Virus record (IMG/VR): IMGVR_UViG_3300035148_000256
Coordinates: 1-41,232 of that record
Reading direction: 5' to 3' (one strand)
DNA length: 41,232 bases
DNA from: a virus
Taxonomy: Duplodnaviria; Caudoviricetes
In this document: piece after piece, positions 8,778-17,791 of the stretch
Layout of the letters: every line of letters starts with the position of its first letter
How positions within the stretch are numbered: the first letter of the stretch is position 1
Notes under the pieces: generated by a model
Told to the model about the DNA's origin: nothing
The model's database searches: none
The model's input: only the letters and a program-made list of their open reading frames with translations
Made by a program: the position numbers and the translations under genes

Positions 8778-10520
8778 ATGACGATCACATACCGCAACGA
8801 CCGCTACGAGGCGATCAGCAGCTACGCGGAGAAGGACATCCTCAAGGGCGCGGGGTTCCGGTGGGAGCCGAACGCGCGCCTCTGGTATACGGCAGACGCC
8901 GCGATCGCCGCGAAGCTGGCGCGCTACGCGGACGAGGCAACGCACCTGCGGTTGACCGGCCTGATGGAACAGCGCGCGACGGCGCTGGCGCTCTCGCGGG
9001 CGGTGGCGGCGGACTACGTGGCGCCCGCGCCCGCTGGCCTCGCGTGCCTGCCGTTTCAGAACGCGGGCGTCCTGAGCCTGCTGGCGCGCCCCTCGGCGCT
9101 GCTGGCCGACGAGATGGGGCTTGGCAAGACCGTGCAGGCGATCGCCCTCCTGAACGCCGATGAGAGCCTGCGGCGGGCCATCGTGGTTTGCCCCGCGACG
9201 CTGCGGCTGAACTGGAAGCGCGAGTTGAACCGCTGGCTGACGCGCCCGCTGTCGGTGGCGCTGGCAACCTCGACCGAGTGGCCTGCCGCCGACATCGTGA
9301 TCGTGAACTACGACATCCTCCACAAGCACGCCGCGAAGCTCGCGACCGAGCAGTTTGACCTCGCGATCGTGGACGAAGCGCACTACGCCAAGAACCCGAA
9401 GGCGCGCCGCACGGTGATGACCTACTCGATCAAGGCGCGCCGCCGCGTGCTGATGACCGGCACGCCGATCGTGAACCGCCCCAAGGAGTTGTTCCCGCTG
9501 CTGAACTACCTCGACCCGATCACCTACCCGAAGTTCTTCCCGTATGCGATGCGCTACTGCAACGCCACGCGCGGGCGGTTCGGATGGGACTTCGACGGCG
9601 CCTCGCACCTTGATGAACTGCAAGAGAAGCTGCGCGCCACGGTGATGATCCGCCGCCTGAAGGCGAACGTGCTGACGGAACTGCCCGCGAAGCGGCGGCA
9701 GGTGATCGAGATCCCGGCGAACGGTTGCGGCGACTACGTGCGCCGCGAGCGCGACGCCGAGGCGCGGCACGAAGGCGCGGCGCGCACGCTGCGCGCGGCA
9801 GTGGATGCGGCGCGCGAGGCTGGCGACGAGAACGCCTACCGCGAGGCGGTCTACGCGCTGCGCACGGCTGAGTTGGCGGCGTTTGAAGAGATGGCGCGGC
9901 TGCGGCACGATACGGCGGTTGCCAAGGTGCCGTATGTGGTCGAGCATCTGCGCGACGTGCTGGAGGCGGGCGAGAAGGTGGTCGTGTTTGCGCACCACCA
10001 CGATGTTGTGGACGCGATCGCCAGCGAGTTCGGCAGCGCGGCGGTGGTGGTGGACGGACGGACGCCGATGGCGCAGCGGCAGGTGAACGTGGACCGCTTC
10101 CAGAACGACGACGCCGTGGCGATGTTCGTGGGCGGCATCACGGCGGCGGGCGTGGGGATCACGCTGACCGCCGCCTCGCACGTGGTGTTTGCCGAGTTGG
10201 ATTGGGTGCCGGGGAACATGACGCAGGCCGAGGACCGCTGCCACCGCATCGGCCAGCGCGACTCCGTGCTGGTGCAGCATCTTGTGCTGGAAGGCTCGAT
10301 CGACGCGCGCATGGCGCACACGCTGGTCGCGAAGCAGGCCACGATGGACGCGGCGCTTGATGTGGTCGCCGAAGGCTACGAGGCCAGCCGGTTCACGCTC
10401 GACGCCCGCGAGGAACAGCCGGTGATCGCGCCGCGCGTGAGCGACGATGACGAAGCCGAAGAAGATGTGGCGGTCGCGGTTGAGGCCGTGGACCCGTGGT
10501 TGCCCCCGGTCGGGTTCTAG
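8778..10520 (+). CDS. SNF2-family (SMARCAL1/HARP-like) helicase/ATPase
   Basis: LLADEMGLGKT, DEAH, MTGTPIVN and QAEDRCHRIGQ motifs; N-terminal KGAGFRWEP..RLWY domain. Confidence 0.92.
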   Translation: MTITYRNDRYEAISSYAEKDILKGAGFRWEPNARLWYTADAAIAAKLARYADEATHLRLTGLMEQRATALALSRAVAADYVAPAPAGLACLPFQNAGVLSLLARPSALLADEMGLGKTVQAIALLNADESLRRAIVVCPATLRLNWKRELNRWLTRPLSVALATSTEWPAADIVIVNYDILHKHAAKLATEQFDLAIVDEAHYAKNPKARRTVMTYSIKARRRVLMTGTPIVNRPKELFPLLNYLDPITYPKFFPYAMRYCNATRGRFGWDFDGASHLDELQEKLRATVMIRRLKANVLTELPAKRRQVIEIPANGCGDYVRRERDAEARHEGAARTLRAAVDAAREAGDENAYREAVYALRTAELAAFEEMARLRHDTAVAKVPYVVEHLRDVLEAGEKVVVFAHHHDVVDAIASEFGSAAVVVDGRTPMAQRQVNVDRFQNDDAVAMFVGGITAAGVGITLTAASHVVFAELDWVPGNMTQAEDRCHRIGQRDSVLVQHLVLEGSIDARMAHTLVAKQATMDAALDVVAEGYEASRFTLDAREEQPVIAPRVSDDDEAEEDVAVAVEAVDPWLPPVGF

Positions 10521-10536
10521 ACTAGAATCCAGACCC

Positions 10537-10929
10537 ATGAAAACCTGCTTCAAGTGCCAAGCGACGAAGCCACTGAGCGAGTTCTATGTGCATCCGCAGA
10601 TGGCCGATGGACATCTTGGCAAGTGTAAAGAATGCACGAAAAGCGACTCGCGCGCAGCAAAGGAGCGACGCAGAACGCGACCGCGCAGGACTCGGATGAC
10701 CCCCGACGAGCAGCGCATCGCGTGGCGCATGAAGCGCGAGCGAACACCGAGAGAAGTGCGGATCGCGCAGAAGCGCGCATGGTATAACATCCGCGAGAAG
10801 CCGACCGCGTGCGAGGGTTGCGGGCGCGCCGTGGCGAGGCTGGTTCGGCATCATCCCGACTACAGATTCCCGTTGATGATTGTGTGGGTGTGCCACCGCT
10901 GCCACGCCAAGATCCACGCCGACAACTGA
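10537..10929 (+). CDS. HNH-type endonuclease with N-terminal zinc finger
   Basis: KTCFKC...CKEC and CEGC...HHPDY..PL.IVWVCHRCH..IH. Confidence 0.75.
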   Translation: MKTCFKCQATKPLSEFYVHPQMADGHLGKCKECTKSDSRAAKERRRTRPRRTRMTPDEQRIAWRMKRERTPREVRIAQKRAWYNIREKPTACEGCGRAVARLVRHHPDYRFPLMIVWVCHRCHAKIHADN

Positions 10930-10941
10930 GAGGAGACGACG

Positions 10942-11184
10942 ATGAAGAACCGATTCACCGATCCGACGATCTACCTGCCCGACTCCGAACCGGATGGCGT
11001 GCGCCGCCTCGCTGACCGCTTGCTGGCTGATGCGCTCAAGGCGATCGGCGCGGGCGATCTGCGCGGCTGGCTGATCACCACGGTTGCCAAGCACCGCGAG
11101 GACGCCTACACGACCGCGCGCAAAGACGAGCGCGAAGCGGAGCGGATGCGGAAGCGCCTGCTGGCGCGCCGGGGGTCGCGATGA
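10942..11184 (+). CDS. Hypothetical protein
   Basis: GGAGACGACGATG start; ATGA overlap with the next gene. Confidence 0.7.
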   Translation: MKNRFTDPTIYLPDSEPDGVRRLADRLLADALKAIGAGDLRGWLITTVAKHREDAYTTARKDEREAERMRKRLLARRGSR

Positions 11185-11726
11185 TGACCCACGACGCGAA
11201 CATGGTGCAGCACGCCGCCTACACCGCGACCGTCCTGCACGCCGCGCAACGTCGGCGCTACTTGGGCGACGCCTACATCGTTCATCCGGCGCGCGTGGCG
11301 CACGCGGCCATGCGCATCGGCTTGCCGGTGGATGCGGTCGCCGCTGCGTGGCTGCACGACGTGGTCGAGGACACGCCAGCGGGCGCGGGGGAACTGCTTT
11401 ACTTCCCGGTCACGGTGCGCAACATCGTGCTGGCGCTCTCGCGGTCGCGATCGCAATCGTCGGACGACTACATGGCGCGCATCCTCACTACGCCGCACGC
11501 GGCGACGCTGAAGGTGTTGGACCGCGCCGACAACCTGCGCGATCTGGTTCGCGCACACGCTTCCACTCTTGGCGCCAACCGCGAGTCGGTGCGCGCGTGG
11601 GCGGTCGCCTACGTGCAGAAAACCGATGCCACGTTCGGCGCGTTGATTCGGAACGCGACGCTGGCCGCAGTGGACGACCTTGCGATCGCGCGCCAGATGA
11701 TCGCCAGCGCGATCGAGGGGATCTGA
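11181..11726 (+). CDS. HD-domain protein, RelA/SpoT hydrolase (MESH1/small alarmone hydrolase)-like
   Basis: YIVHPARVA, AAAWLHDVVEDT and KVLDRADNLRD motifs. Confidence 0.8.
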   Translation: MMTHDANMVQHAAYTATVLHAAQRRRYLGDAYIVHPARVAHAAMRIGLPVDAVAAAWLHDVVEDTPAGAGELLYFPVTVRNIVLALSRSRSQSSDDYMARILTTPHAATLKVLDRADNLRDLVRAHASTLGANRESVRAWAVAYVQKTDATFGALIRNATLAAVDDLAIARQMIASAIEGI

Positions 11727-11920
11727 TGCCGACCGTTGCTTCTGTGATCGCTTGCCCGCACTGCCGCGAAGACGCGCCCGACCTGATCGAGGTGTGGCGC
11801 GGTGGGGGCTTCTGCAATTCCTGCGGTCGCTGTTTCACGCTGCCGCAGGCGCCGCCATCAACGCCAGCGGTGATCGAGAACAACGCCAGCGGTAACACAA
11901 CCGCGACCGCGCGCACCTAA
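11726..11920 (+). CDS. Small zinc-ribbon protein
   Basis: TGATG overlap; CPHC...CNSC. Confidence 0.55.
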   Translation: MPTVASVIACPHCREDAPDLIEVWRGGGFCNSCGRCFTLPQAPPSTPAVIENNASGNTTATART

Positions 11921-12189
11921 GCGCCAGCCGATCGGCACACACGCGCGCCGATCGGCCCGCGCCACCACGTGCCACGCTGCACGCACTACGCGCCCCGGAG
12001 AAGCCCGATCGCCGGGGCGCTGGTGCCGCAACATGGCCGCGCATGAATTGGGCTATACGGGGCGCTGGCGCAGGCCGTGGAATCAGGCCGAAACCCCCGC
12101 GACCGCGCCCGCCATCGAACCCGTAAGTCGTTGATTCGCATAGGCTTGCGGGGGCCGCAAAGAATCTTGTGTTCGCGGTCGCTTTTCGC

Positions 12190-12219
12190 TTGACGCCGTG
12201 GCGCCTGAATTGGGATACT
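12190..12219 (+). promoter_or_regulatory. Promoter P3
   Basis: TTGACG-18 nt-GATACT with TGAATTGGG at the same position as in P1/P2. Confidence 0.75.
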
Positions 12220-12267
12220 GTGCCTGTCAGTAGCGCATGGGGCGCTGCTGAACAGAGGAGACGACAG

Positions 12268-13386
12268 ATGCCGAACACGAACGCCGCCGCCGACGCGATC
12301 CTGAACAGCTTGACCTTCGGCGTGGAGATCGAGTGCTACGTGAACAGCGCGTTGTTCCGGCAGCGCGGTTGGTCGGTGGGCGGCTACCACCGAGGCACGC
12401 GGATCAGCGGCTTCAACTTCGAAGCGCAGCACGACGGGTCGTTGAGCAACCCGCCGACCCCGAGCCACATGGGAGTGGAGTTCGTGAGCGGCATCCTGCG
12501 CGGCGCCGCTGGCCTCGCGGAGATCGCCCGCATGTGCGAGGCGCTGGCGCAGATGGATGCCCGCGTGAACGACACCTGCGGCCTGCACGTGCATGTGTAT
12601 TGGGCCGACAGCAACACTGCCGAGCAGATGTCGAAGCTGGTCGCCAGCGTAGCGAATCACGAGTTGGGGTTGTTTGCCGTGACCGGCACGCGCCGCCGCC
12701 TCACCTCGCACTACGCGCGCCCGATCGCCCCCGACTACCGCGCGCTGGACACGATGACCACGATGCGCGAGTTGGTGCAGTGCGGCGCGGCGGGCAACCG
12801 CTACCACACGCTGAACCTCGCGCACATCGTGACGCGGCAGGGCGGCTACAGCTACGGCAGCGCGGCGCCCACGGTCGAGTTCAGGGTGTTTGCCGGAACG
12901 GTGAGCGCGCTGAAGATCAACGCCTACGTGATGCTGTGCGTGGGGCTGGTGCAGAAGGCGATCACGCCGCGCCAGCACAAGGTCAGCTATGACGCGCCGG
13001 TCACCGTGGCGACCAGCGTGGCGCGCAGCGGCGAAGGCGCCGTGGCTTGCGAGCGCCTCCTGATCCACCTGAACTGGAATCGCGGCGCGGGCGCCACGAC
13101 CTCGACCGATGTGACGCGGTTCGGCGCGCTGTGCAGCCTCGATGAACTGGCGCCCTACATCAGCGAACTGCGCCGCCTCGCCCGCAAGTTCGACCGCCCC
13201 GCGAACGCGCCGCGCGCCCGCCGCCGGATGCCGCGCGCGACCACGGCCACGACGCCCGCCACGACGCCCGCCACGACCCCGACCGCCCGCGTGCCGTGGC
13301 ACCTGCGCGTGACCCCGGAACAGCGGCAGGCCAACATCGAGCGCGCCCGCGCCCGCCGCGCGCGGCTCGCGCGGAACGCGCGGTAG
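12268..13386 (+). CDS. Putative amidoligase (COOH-NH2 ligase, Amidoligase_2 type) with a basic C-terminal tail
   Basis: TFGVEIE, HDGSL, EFVS, TCGLHVHV, RYHTLNL and TVEFR motifs. Confidence 0.85.
   Translation: MPNTNAAADAILNSLTFGVEIECYVNSALFRQRGWSVGGYHRGTRISGFNFEAQHDGSLSNPPTPSHMGVEFVSGILRGAAGLAEIARMCEALAQMDARVNDTCGLHVHVYWADSNTAEQMSKLVASVANHELGLFAVTGTRRRLTSHYARPIAPDYRALDTMTTMRELVQCGAAGNRYHTLNLAHIVTRQGGYSYGSAAPTVEFRVFAGTVSALKINAYVMLCVGLVQKAITPRQHKVSYDAPVTVATSVARSGEGAVACERLLIHLNWNRGAGATTSTDVTRFGALCSLDELAPYISELRRLARKFDRPANAPRARRRMPRATTATTPATTPATTPTARVPWHLRVTPEQRQANIERARARRARLARNAR
13246..13281 (+). repeat. 12-bp tandem repeat x3 encoding ATTP
   Basis: GCCACGACGCCC twice plus GCCACGACCCCG. Confidence 0.7.
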
Positions 13387-13466
13387 TGCTACGGGGCGCG
13401 GGCGGGGCCGATCGCCCCGCCTGCGCCCGCCTAACGTGCCACAGCAGCCACCTACAGGAGGACACG

Positions 13467-13676
13467 ATGAACCGAGACACAGCACACGCATTGAGGCAAG
13501 TGGGGCGCGGGCGCAACCCGCGCGCCGAGGCGATGCGCGCGACCGCCGCGCTGCGCCGTGAGATGTGCGACGCGATGGCGCACGGCGGGGGCGACGCGGT
13601 GCTGGCGCTGATGCGCGAGATGCAGGCGACCGTGCGCGCCGAGCGCGTGCGCCGCGCCACCGAGCGCGCACAGTGA
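13467..13676 (+). CDS. Small helical hypothetical protein
   Basis: AGGAGG RBS; ATG 13467. Confidence 0.6.
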   Translation: MNRDTAHALRQVGRGRNPRAEAMRATAALRREMCDAMAHGGGDAVLALMREMQATVRAERVRRATERAQ

Positions 13677-13680
13677 GGGC

Positions 13681-13709
13681 TTGATCTGGACGCTGGTTTG
13701 GGATACGAT
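13681..13709 (+). promoter_or_regulatory. Promoter P4
   Basis: TTGATC-17 nt-TACGAT; TTGGGATA core shared with P1-P3. Confidence 0.55.
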
Positions 13710-13749
13710 AGGTCACGCAACACGATCACGCAGTAGAGGAGACGACGCC

Positions 13750-14568
13750 ATGTGTGTTATCGCCATTTGTGAGAAGCAGCCGACGATCACTGACCTGCGT
13801 GCCATGTGGGACGCCAACCCGCAGGGCGCGGGCCTCGCGTGGAGCGACGGCAAGACCGTCCACTACAAGCGCGGCATCATGACCTTCGACGCGCTGCGCG
13901 AGGCCGTGGGCAAGATGAGCGGGCCGTTCGTGGTGCATACGCGCATCAGCACGGTCGGCGGCACGCGGCCCGACCTGTGCCACCCGTTCGTCGCGTCGCC
14001 CTCCTCGCCGCTGGCGCTCAAGGGCAAGGCGCCGATGGTGTTGTTCCACAACGGTCACTGGGGCGATTGGGCGAACAACCTGCGCGAGTCCACGGTCAGC
14101 ACCGGGGCGCGCGTGCCGGATGGCGCCTTCAGCGACTCGCGGGCGATGGCGGTGCTGGTGGGGCGCCACGGCCAGAACTTCGCGCGGCTGATCCCCGACT
14201 CACAGCGCGTGTGCATCGTGACCGCCACCTCGATCGCGCGCTACGGCAAGGGCTGGACGCAGGTGCGCGGCATGTGGGTCAGCAACGAGAACTGGCTCCC
14301 GCGCGAGCAGCAGGCGCCGTGGTATGTGAGCAACGCGCGCGGCTCGCGGTCGTGGTCCCGCAGCGAACTCCTCCTCGATCCGCCGAAGCGCCGCGAGCCG
14401 GTGGTCGAGCCGACGATGGACGACGTTGTCGATGATGGCGACCCCGTGGAGATGGACCCCGACGCCGATGTGGACGCCTGCGACACCGACGAGCAGTGCG
14501 CCGAAACCGACTACTTGTTCCCCGAGGTGAATGCGGTGCGCGCCGCCTGCGCCCGCGACCGCAAGTAA
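13750..14568 (+). CDS. Class II glutamine amidotransferase (Ntn hydrolase)
   Basis: N-terminal M-C, NPQGAG, HTRIST.G, CHPF, HNG and SDS motifs; acidic tail. Confidence 0.85.
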   Translation: MCVIAICEKQPTITDLRAMWDANPQGAGLAWSDGKTVHYKRGIMTFDALREAVGKMSGPFVVHTRISTVGGTRPDLCHPFVASPSSPLALKGKAPMVLFHNGHWGDWANNLRESTVSTGARVPDGAFSDSRAMAVLVGRHGQNFARLIPDSQRVCIVTATSIARYGKGWTQVRGMWVSNENWLPREQQAPWYVSNARGSRSWSRSELLLDPPKRREPVVEPTMDDVVDDGDPVEMDPDADVDACDTDEQCAETDYLFPEVNAVRAACARDRK

Positions 14569-14622
14569 CAACGCAGCCGGGGCGCGGGATTGGCCCGCGC
14601 CCCAACCGTGAAGGAGACGACG

Positions 14623-15546
14623 ATGATCAAGACTGCCGTGCGTACGATCACGCCAGAAGTGGCGACGCGACTTCTGGAAACCAACACCGTCAACCGCGTG
14701 CTGCGCCAGTGGAAGATCGACCAGTACGCGCGCGACATGAAGGCGGGCAAGTGGAAGCTCACGCATCAGGGGATGGCGCTCTCCACGGAGGGCAACATCC
14801 TCGACGGCCAGCATCGGTTGTGGGCCGTGGTGGAGAGCGGCGTGACGATCGAGTGCATGGTCACCACCGGATTCGAGCGCGAGATCGCCGCCTACATCGA
14901 CTCCGGGTTGGGCCGCACGATGGCCGACCACCTGCGCATCGGGTTCGGCGTCCACGCGGGCAACATGGCGATCGCCGTGGCGCGCCGCATCGTGCGCGGT
15001 CGCGGGCAGACCCGACCCACGACGCACGAAGTTCACGAAGCCTACACGCAGCATGAGAAGGCGATCACGCTGGCGCTCAAGAGTTGGCCGCGCGCCGTGC
15101 GCGGCGTGACAACGGTGCCGATCGCGACCGCGATGGCCCGCGCCAGCTACCACACCGACGAGTCGATGATCCTGCGGTTCGGCGAGGCGCTGTGCGAGGG
15201 GCGCTACTCCGACGACGGCGACGACCCGATCCGCATCCTGCGCAACTGGCTCACCGACCGCGCGCCAAGCGCCTCGTCCGAGAAGGCATCGGACCTGATC
15301 TACGCCAAGGCCGAGCGCGCGTTGTTCGCCTTCCTGCGGCATGAGAAGGTGACCACGCTGTATCCGTCGCCCGCCGAATTGTTCCCGCTGCCGGAGGAAG
15401 CCACGACCACCGTGCGGATGCGCGCCGTGGGCGACGCCAACCGCGCCGTGACGGTCAAGGTCGCGGCCACATCGCGGAAGACACGCAAGCGCACCGGCAA
15501 GGCGTCGGCCACCGAAACGAAGTCGCTGCGCGCGAGGGCGAGGTAG
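14623..15546 (+). CDS. ParB/Srx-like DGQHR-motif protein
   Basis: ITPE.A..LL..N..NR, YARDM..G.W and ILDGQHRL motifs. Confidence 0.75.
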   Translation: MIKTAVRTITPEVATRLLETNTVNRVLRQWKIDQYARDMKAGKWKLTHQGMALSTEGNILDGQHRLWAVVESGVTIECMVTTGFEREIAAYIDSGLGRTMADHLRIGFGVHAGNMAIAVARRIVRGRGQTRPTTHEVHEAYTQHEKAITLALKSWPRAVRGVTTVPIATAMARASYHTDESMILRFGEALCEGRYSDDGDDPIRILRNWLTDRAPSASSEKASDLIYAKAERALFAFLRHEKVTTLYPSPAELFPLPEEATTTVRMRAVGDANRAVTVKVAATSRKTRKRTGKASATETKSLRARAR

Positions 15547-15548
15547 CG

Positions 15549-15794
15549 ATGGAACACACACACGCGACCGAACCCGCGCACAACGTCGCCTCCGATGTGC
15601 GGTCGATGCTGCGCGAAGCCGAGCGCACCATGCAGGCGATGATCTCGGTGTCGCGCTGGCTGGAGTTGAACCCCGCGCTGACGCCGCAGGATCGCGTCGC
15701 CATGATCGCGCGCCTCGATGTGGCAACGCACCGGCTGCGCGAGCAGCGCGACAACCTCGCGGCACTGCTCGCAGAGAGGGGGGCGTCGTCATGA
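15549..15794 (+). CDS. Hypothetical protein
   Basis: Tightly packed ORF with GAGG RBS. Confidence 0.6.
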   Translation: MEHTHATEPAHNVASDVRSMLREAERTMQAMISVSRWLELNPALTPQDRVAMIARLDVATHRLREQRDNLAALLAERGASS

Positions 15795-16351
15795 CCGCCG
15801 TGCTGAGGCCGGTTTGCGATACGTTGATGGCCGCGCTCGATCCGGCCACGCCGTCGATCGGGGCGTTCTACGGCCTGAAGGATGCGGGGCTGTCCTGCAC
15901 CTTCACGATCGCCCGCCCCGGCTTGCGCCACGTGCGCGGTCGCAAGGATGCCGTGCGCGGGCCGTGGATCGTCACCGTGGACATCGAGGCCGGTCCCGAC
16001 GAGGCGATCGTGTGGTTGGCGCGCGATCGCCACCGCGCATCCAAGCTGCGCTATCCCGACCGCGCTTCGCTGGAGCGCGTCGTTGACCGCCTGTATGCGT
16101 GGGCGCGCCGCAAGCACGCACACTGGACGGCGATCCTCGACCTCGATCGCCAGATCACGGTCGGCATGACCACCAACGGCGAGCGATTCGGCGCGGCGCT
16201 GTCGCGCGAAATCGACCGCACCGAGCGCCCGCTGGACTACGACATGATGACGACCGAGGACGCCTTCGGCTGGCTGGAGTGGATTGAACTTCAGCGTCGC
16301 GCTGGAGCGATGAATCGTGATAAACTAAGCGGGAAAGGAGGGCATGAATGA
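15791..16351 (+). CDS. Hypothetical protein
   Basis: ATGA overlaps at both ends. Confidence 0.6.
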   Translation: MTAVLRPVCDTLMAALDPATPSIGAFYGLKDAGLSCTFTIARPGLRHVRGRKDAVRGPWIVTVDIEAGPDEAIVWLARDRHRASKLRYPDRASLERVVDRLYAWARRKHAHWTAILDLDRQITVGMTTNGERFGAALSREIDRTERPLDYDMMTTEDAFGWLEWIELQRRAGAMNRDKLSGKGGHE

Positions 16352-16710
16352 ACGCACGACGGCGGCAGGCGACGCGGCGCGGGGGCGCGCGACCGGGCAG
16401 CGGGCCGAAATCGCAATACCCCGGCAAGCGGTGGGAACACTGCGTGTCGCTCATGCTGCCAACCATCGTCGCGCTCGACGCGCGGCGCGGTGACCTGAGT
16501 CGCAACGATTGCATCGAACACCTGCTGCGCACGCGCGCGAGCGCGGTCACGCGGCCCACAACGAGAGGAGGACGGAAGATGCCGCGCAGCCTGCGCCTCA
16601 CCGACGAGGGGTCGCGCCTGCTGCGGCTGCACGCACAACGGGCGCGCATGACCCCGAGCGCCCTTGTGGAGACCCTGATCTTGGAACACGGCAACGCACA
16701 CACGGAATGA
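16348..16710 (+). CDS. Putative DNA-binding regulator (RGGARPGSG motif + two ribbon-helix-helix-like units)
   Basis: AAGGAGG RBS; VSLML...LSRNDCIEHLL and RSLRLT...MTPSALVETLI patterns. Confidence 0.6.
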   Translation: MNARRRQATRRGGARPGSGPKSQYPGKRWEHCVSLMLPTIVALDARRGDLSRNDCIEHLLRTRASAVTRPTTRGGRKMPRSLRLTDEGSRLLRLHAQRARMTPSALVETLILEHGNAHTE

Positions 16711-16719
16711 GGACATCAC

Positions 16720-17730
16720 ATGAACGACACCATGCGGAGTGAGGGGGCGACGATGGCGCTGGCGATCACTGATCCCGAAGCGGACGCGCTGGCGCAGGCG
16801 AACGGCGTCGATCACGGGCTGGCCGACGACGGATTCACCAAGCACGGATTGAGTGCCGACGAGACCGCCACGTTGACCGCGCCGTTCAACGAGGACGAGT
16901 GGGACATCCTGCCCACGGGCGAGGTCTACGTCAACCACATGAAATACCGCGAGCGCCTCACGCGCGTCTTCGGCGCGATGGGATGGGGCATGCGCGCGAC
17001 CGACGCGCTGCGGTTCGATGCTGACACGGGCGTCGCCTATCAAACGTGGGTCTTGATGGCGCGCGGTGTCCCGATCGCCAAGGCGGTCGGCAGCGCGCGG
17101 TACTTCAGCGAGGCCGAGAAGCGCCTCGACTACGCCGACACCGCCGAGGCCGCGAAGTCGAACGCGCTGACGCGGTGCTGCAAGGATCTGGCGATCGGCG
17201 CCGATCTCTACGACCGCCGCAAGGCCGAGGGCTGGAAGCGGATGCACGCGATCAAGGTGTGGCGCGAGAACGTGAAGAAGCCCGAGTGGAGGCGCGTGGA
17301 TGCGCCGCCGTTCTGGAACGAAACCGGGGTCGCGGGCGATTCGCCACGACAGGCCGCGCCAGCGGCCACCGGAGCCACGAACGCCAGCGCCAGCGGCCCG
17401 TCCCATGCGGCGCCGCCCTCGCGCGCTACGGGGCCGACAGCGGCCACGGCCACCGTGCCGCCCACGGCTACCATGCGCGAGGTGGGGCCGACCGCCGTGC
17501 AGGATGTGGTCATCAAGAAGACCGGCACCAAGCAGGACGGCACGCCTTACAAGGTGTATTCGGTCAAGAGCGACCTCGGCACCTTCGACACCTACGACGA
17601 GAAGCTGTACGACGCCGCACGCACGGCGCTCAACCGGGGGCAGAACGTGATCCTCACGGTCTCGAAGAAGCCCGATCGCAGCGGGCGCCTGTGGGATGTG
17701 CTGACCGCTGTGTGCTTGCTGAACAACTAG
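16720..17730 (+). CDS. Rad52-superfamily single-strand annealing protein, Mgm101-like
   Basis: DILPTGEVYVNHMKYRERLTRVFGAMGW and EAAKSNALTRCCKDL.I...LYD motifs. Confidence 0.8.
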   Translation: MNDTMRSEGATMALAITDPEADALAQANGVDHGLADDGFTKHGLSADETATLTAPFNEDEWDILPTGEVYVNHMKYRERLTRVFGAMGWGMRATDALRFDADTGVAYQTWVLMARGVPIAKAVGSARYFSEAEKRLDYADTAEAAKSNALTRCCKDLAIGADLYDRRKAEGWKRMHAIKVWRENVKKPEWRRVDAPPFWNETGVAGDSPRQAAPAATGATNASASGPSHAAPPSRATGPTAATATVPPTATMREVGPTAVQDVVIKKTGTKQDGTPYKVYSVKSDLGTFDTYDEKLYDAARTALNRGQNVILTVSKKPDRSGRLWDVLTAVCLLNN

Positions 17731-17791
17731 CCGACCAACGGCGGGGCGCCTGCGGGCGCCTCGCCTTCACCGTGCAGGAGACGACGCCAAC

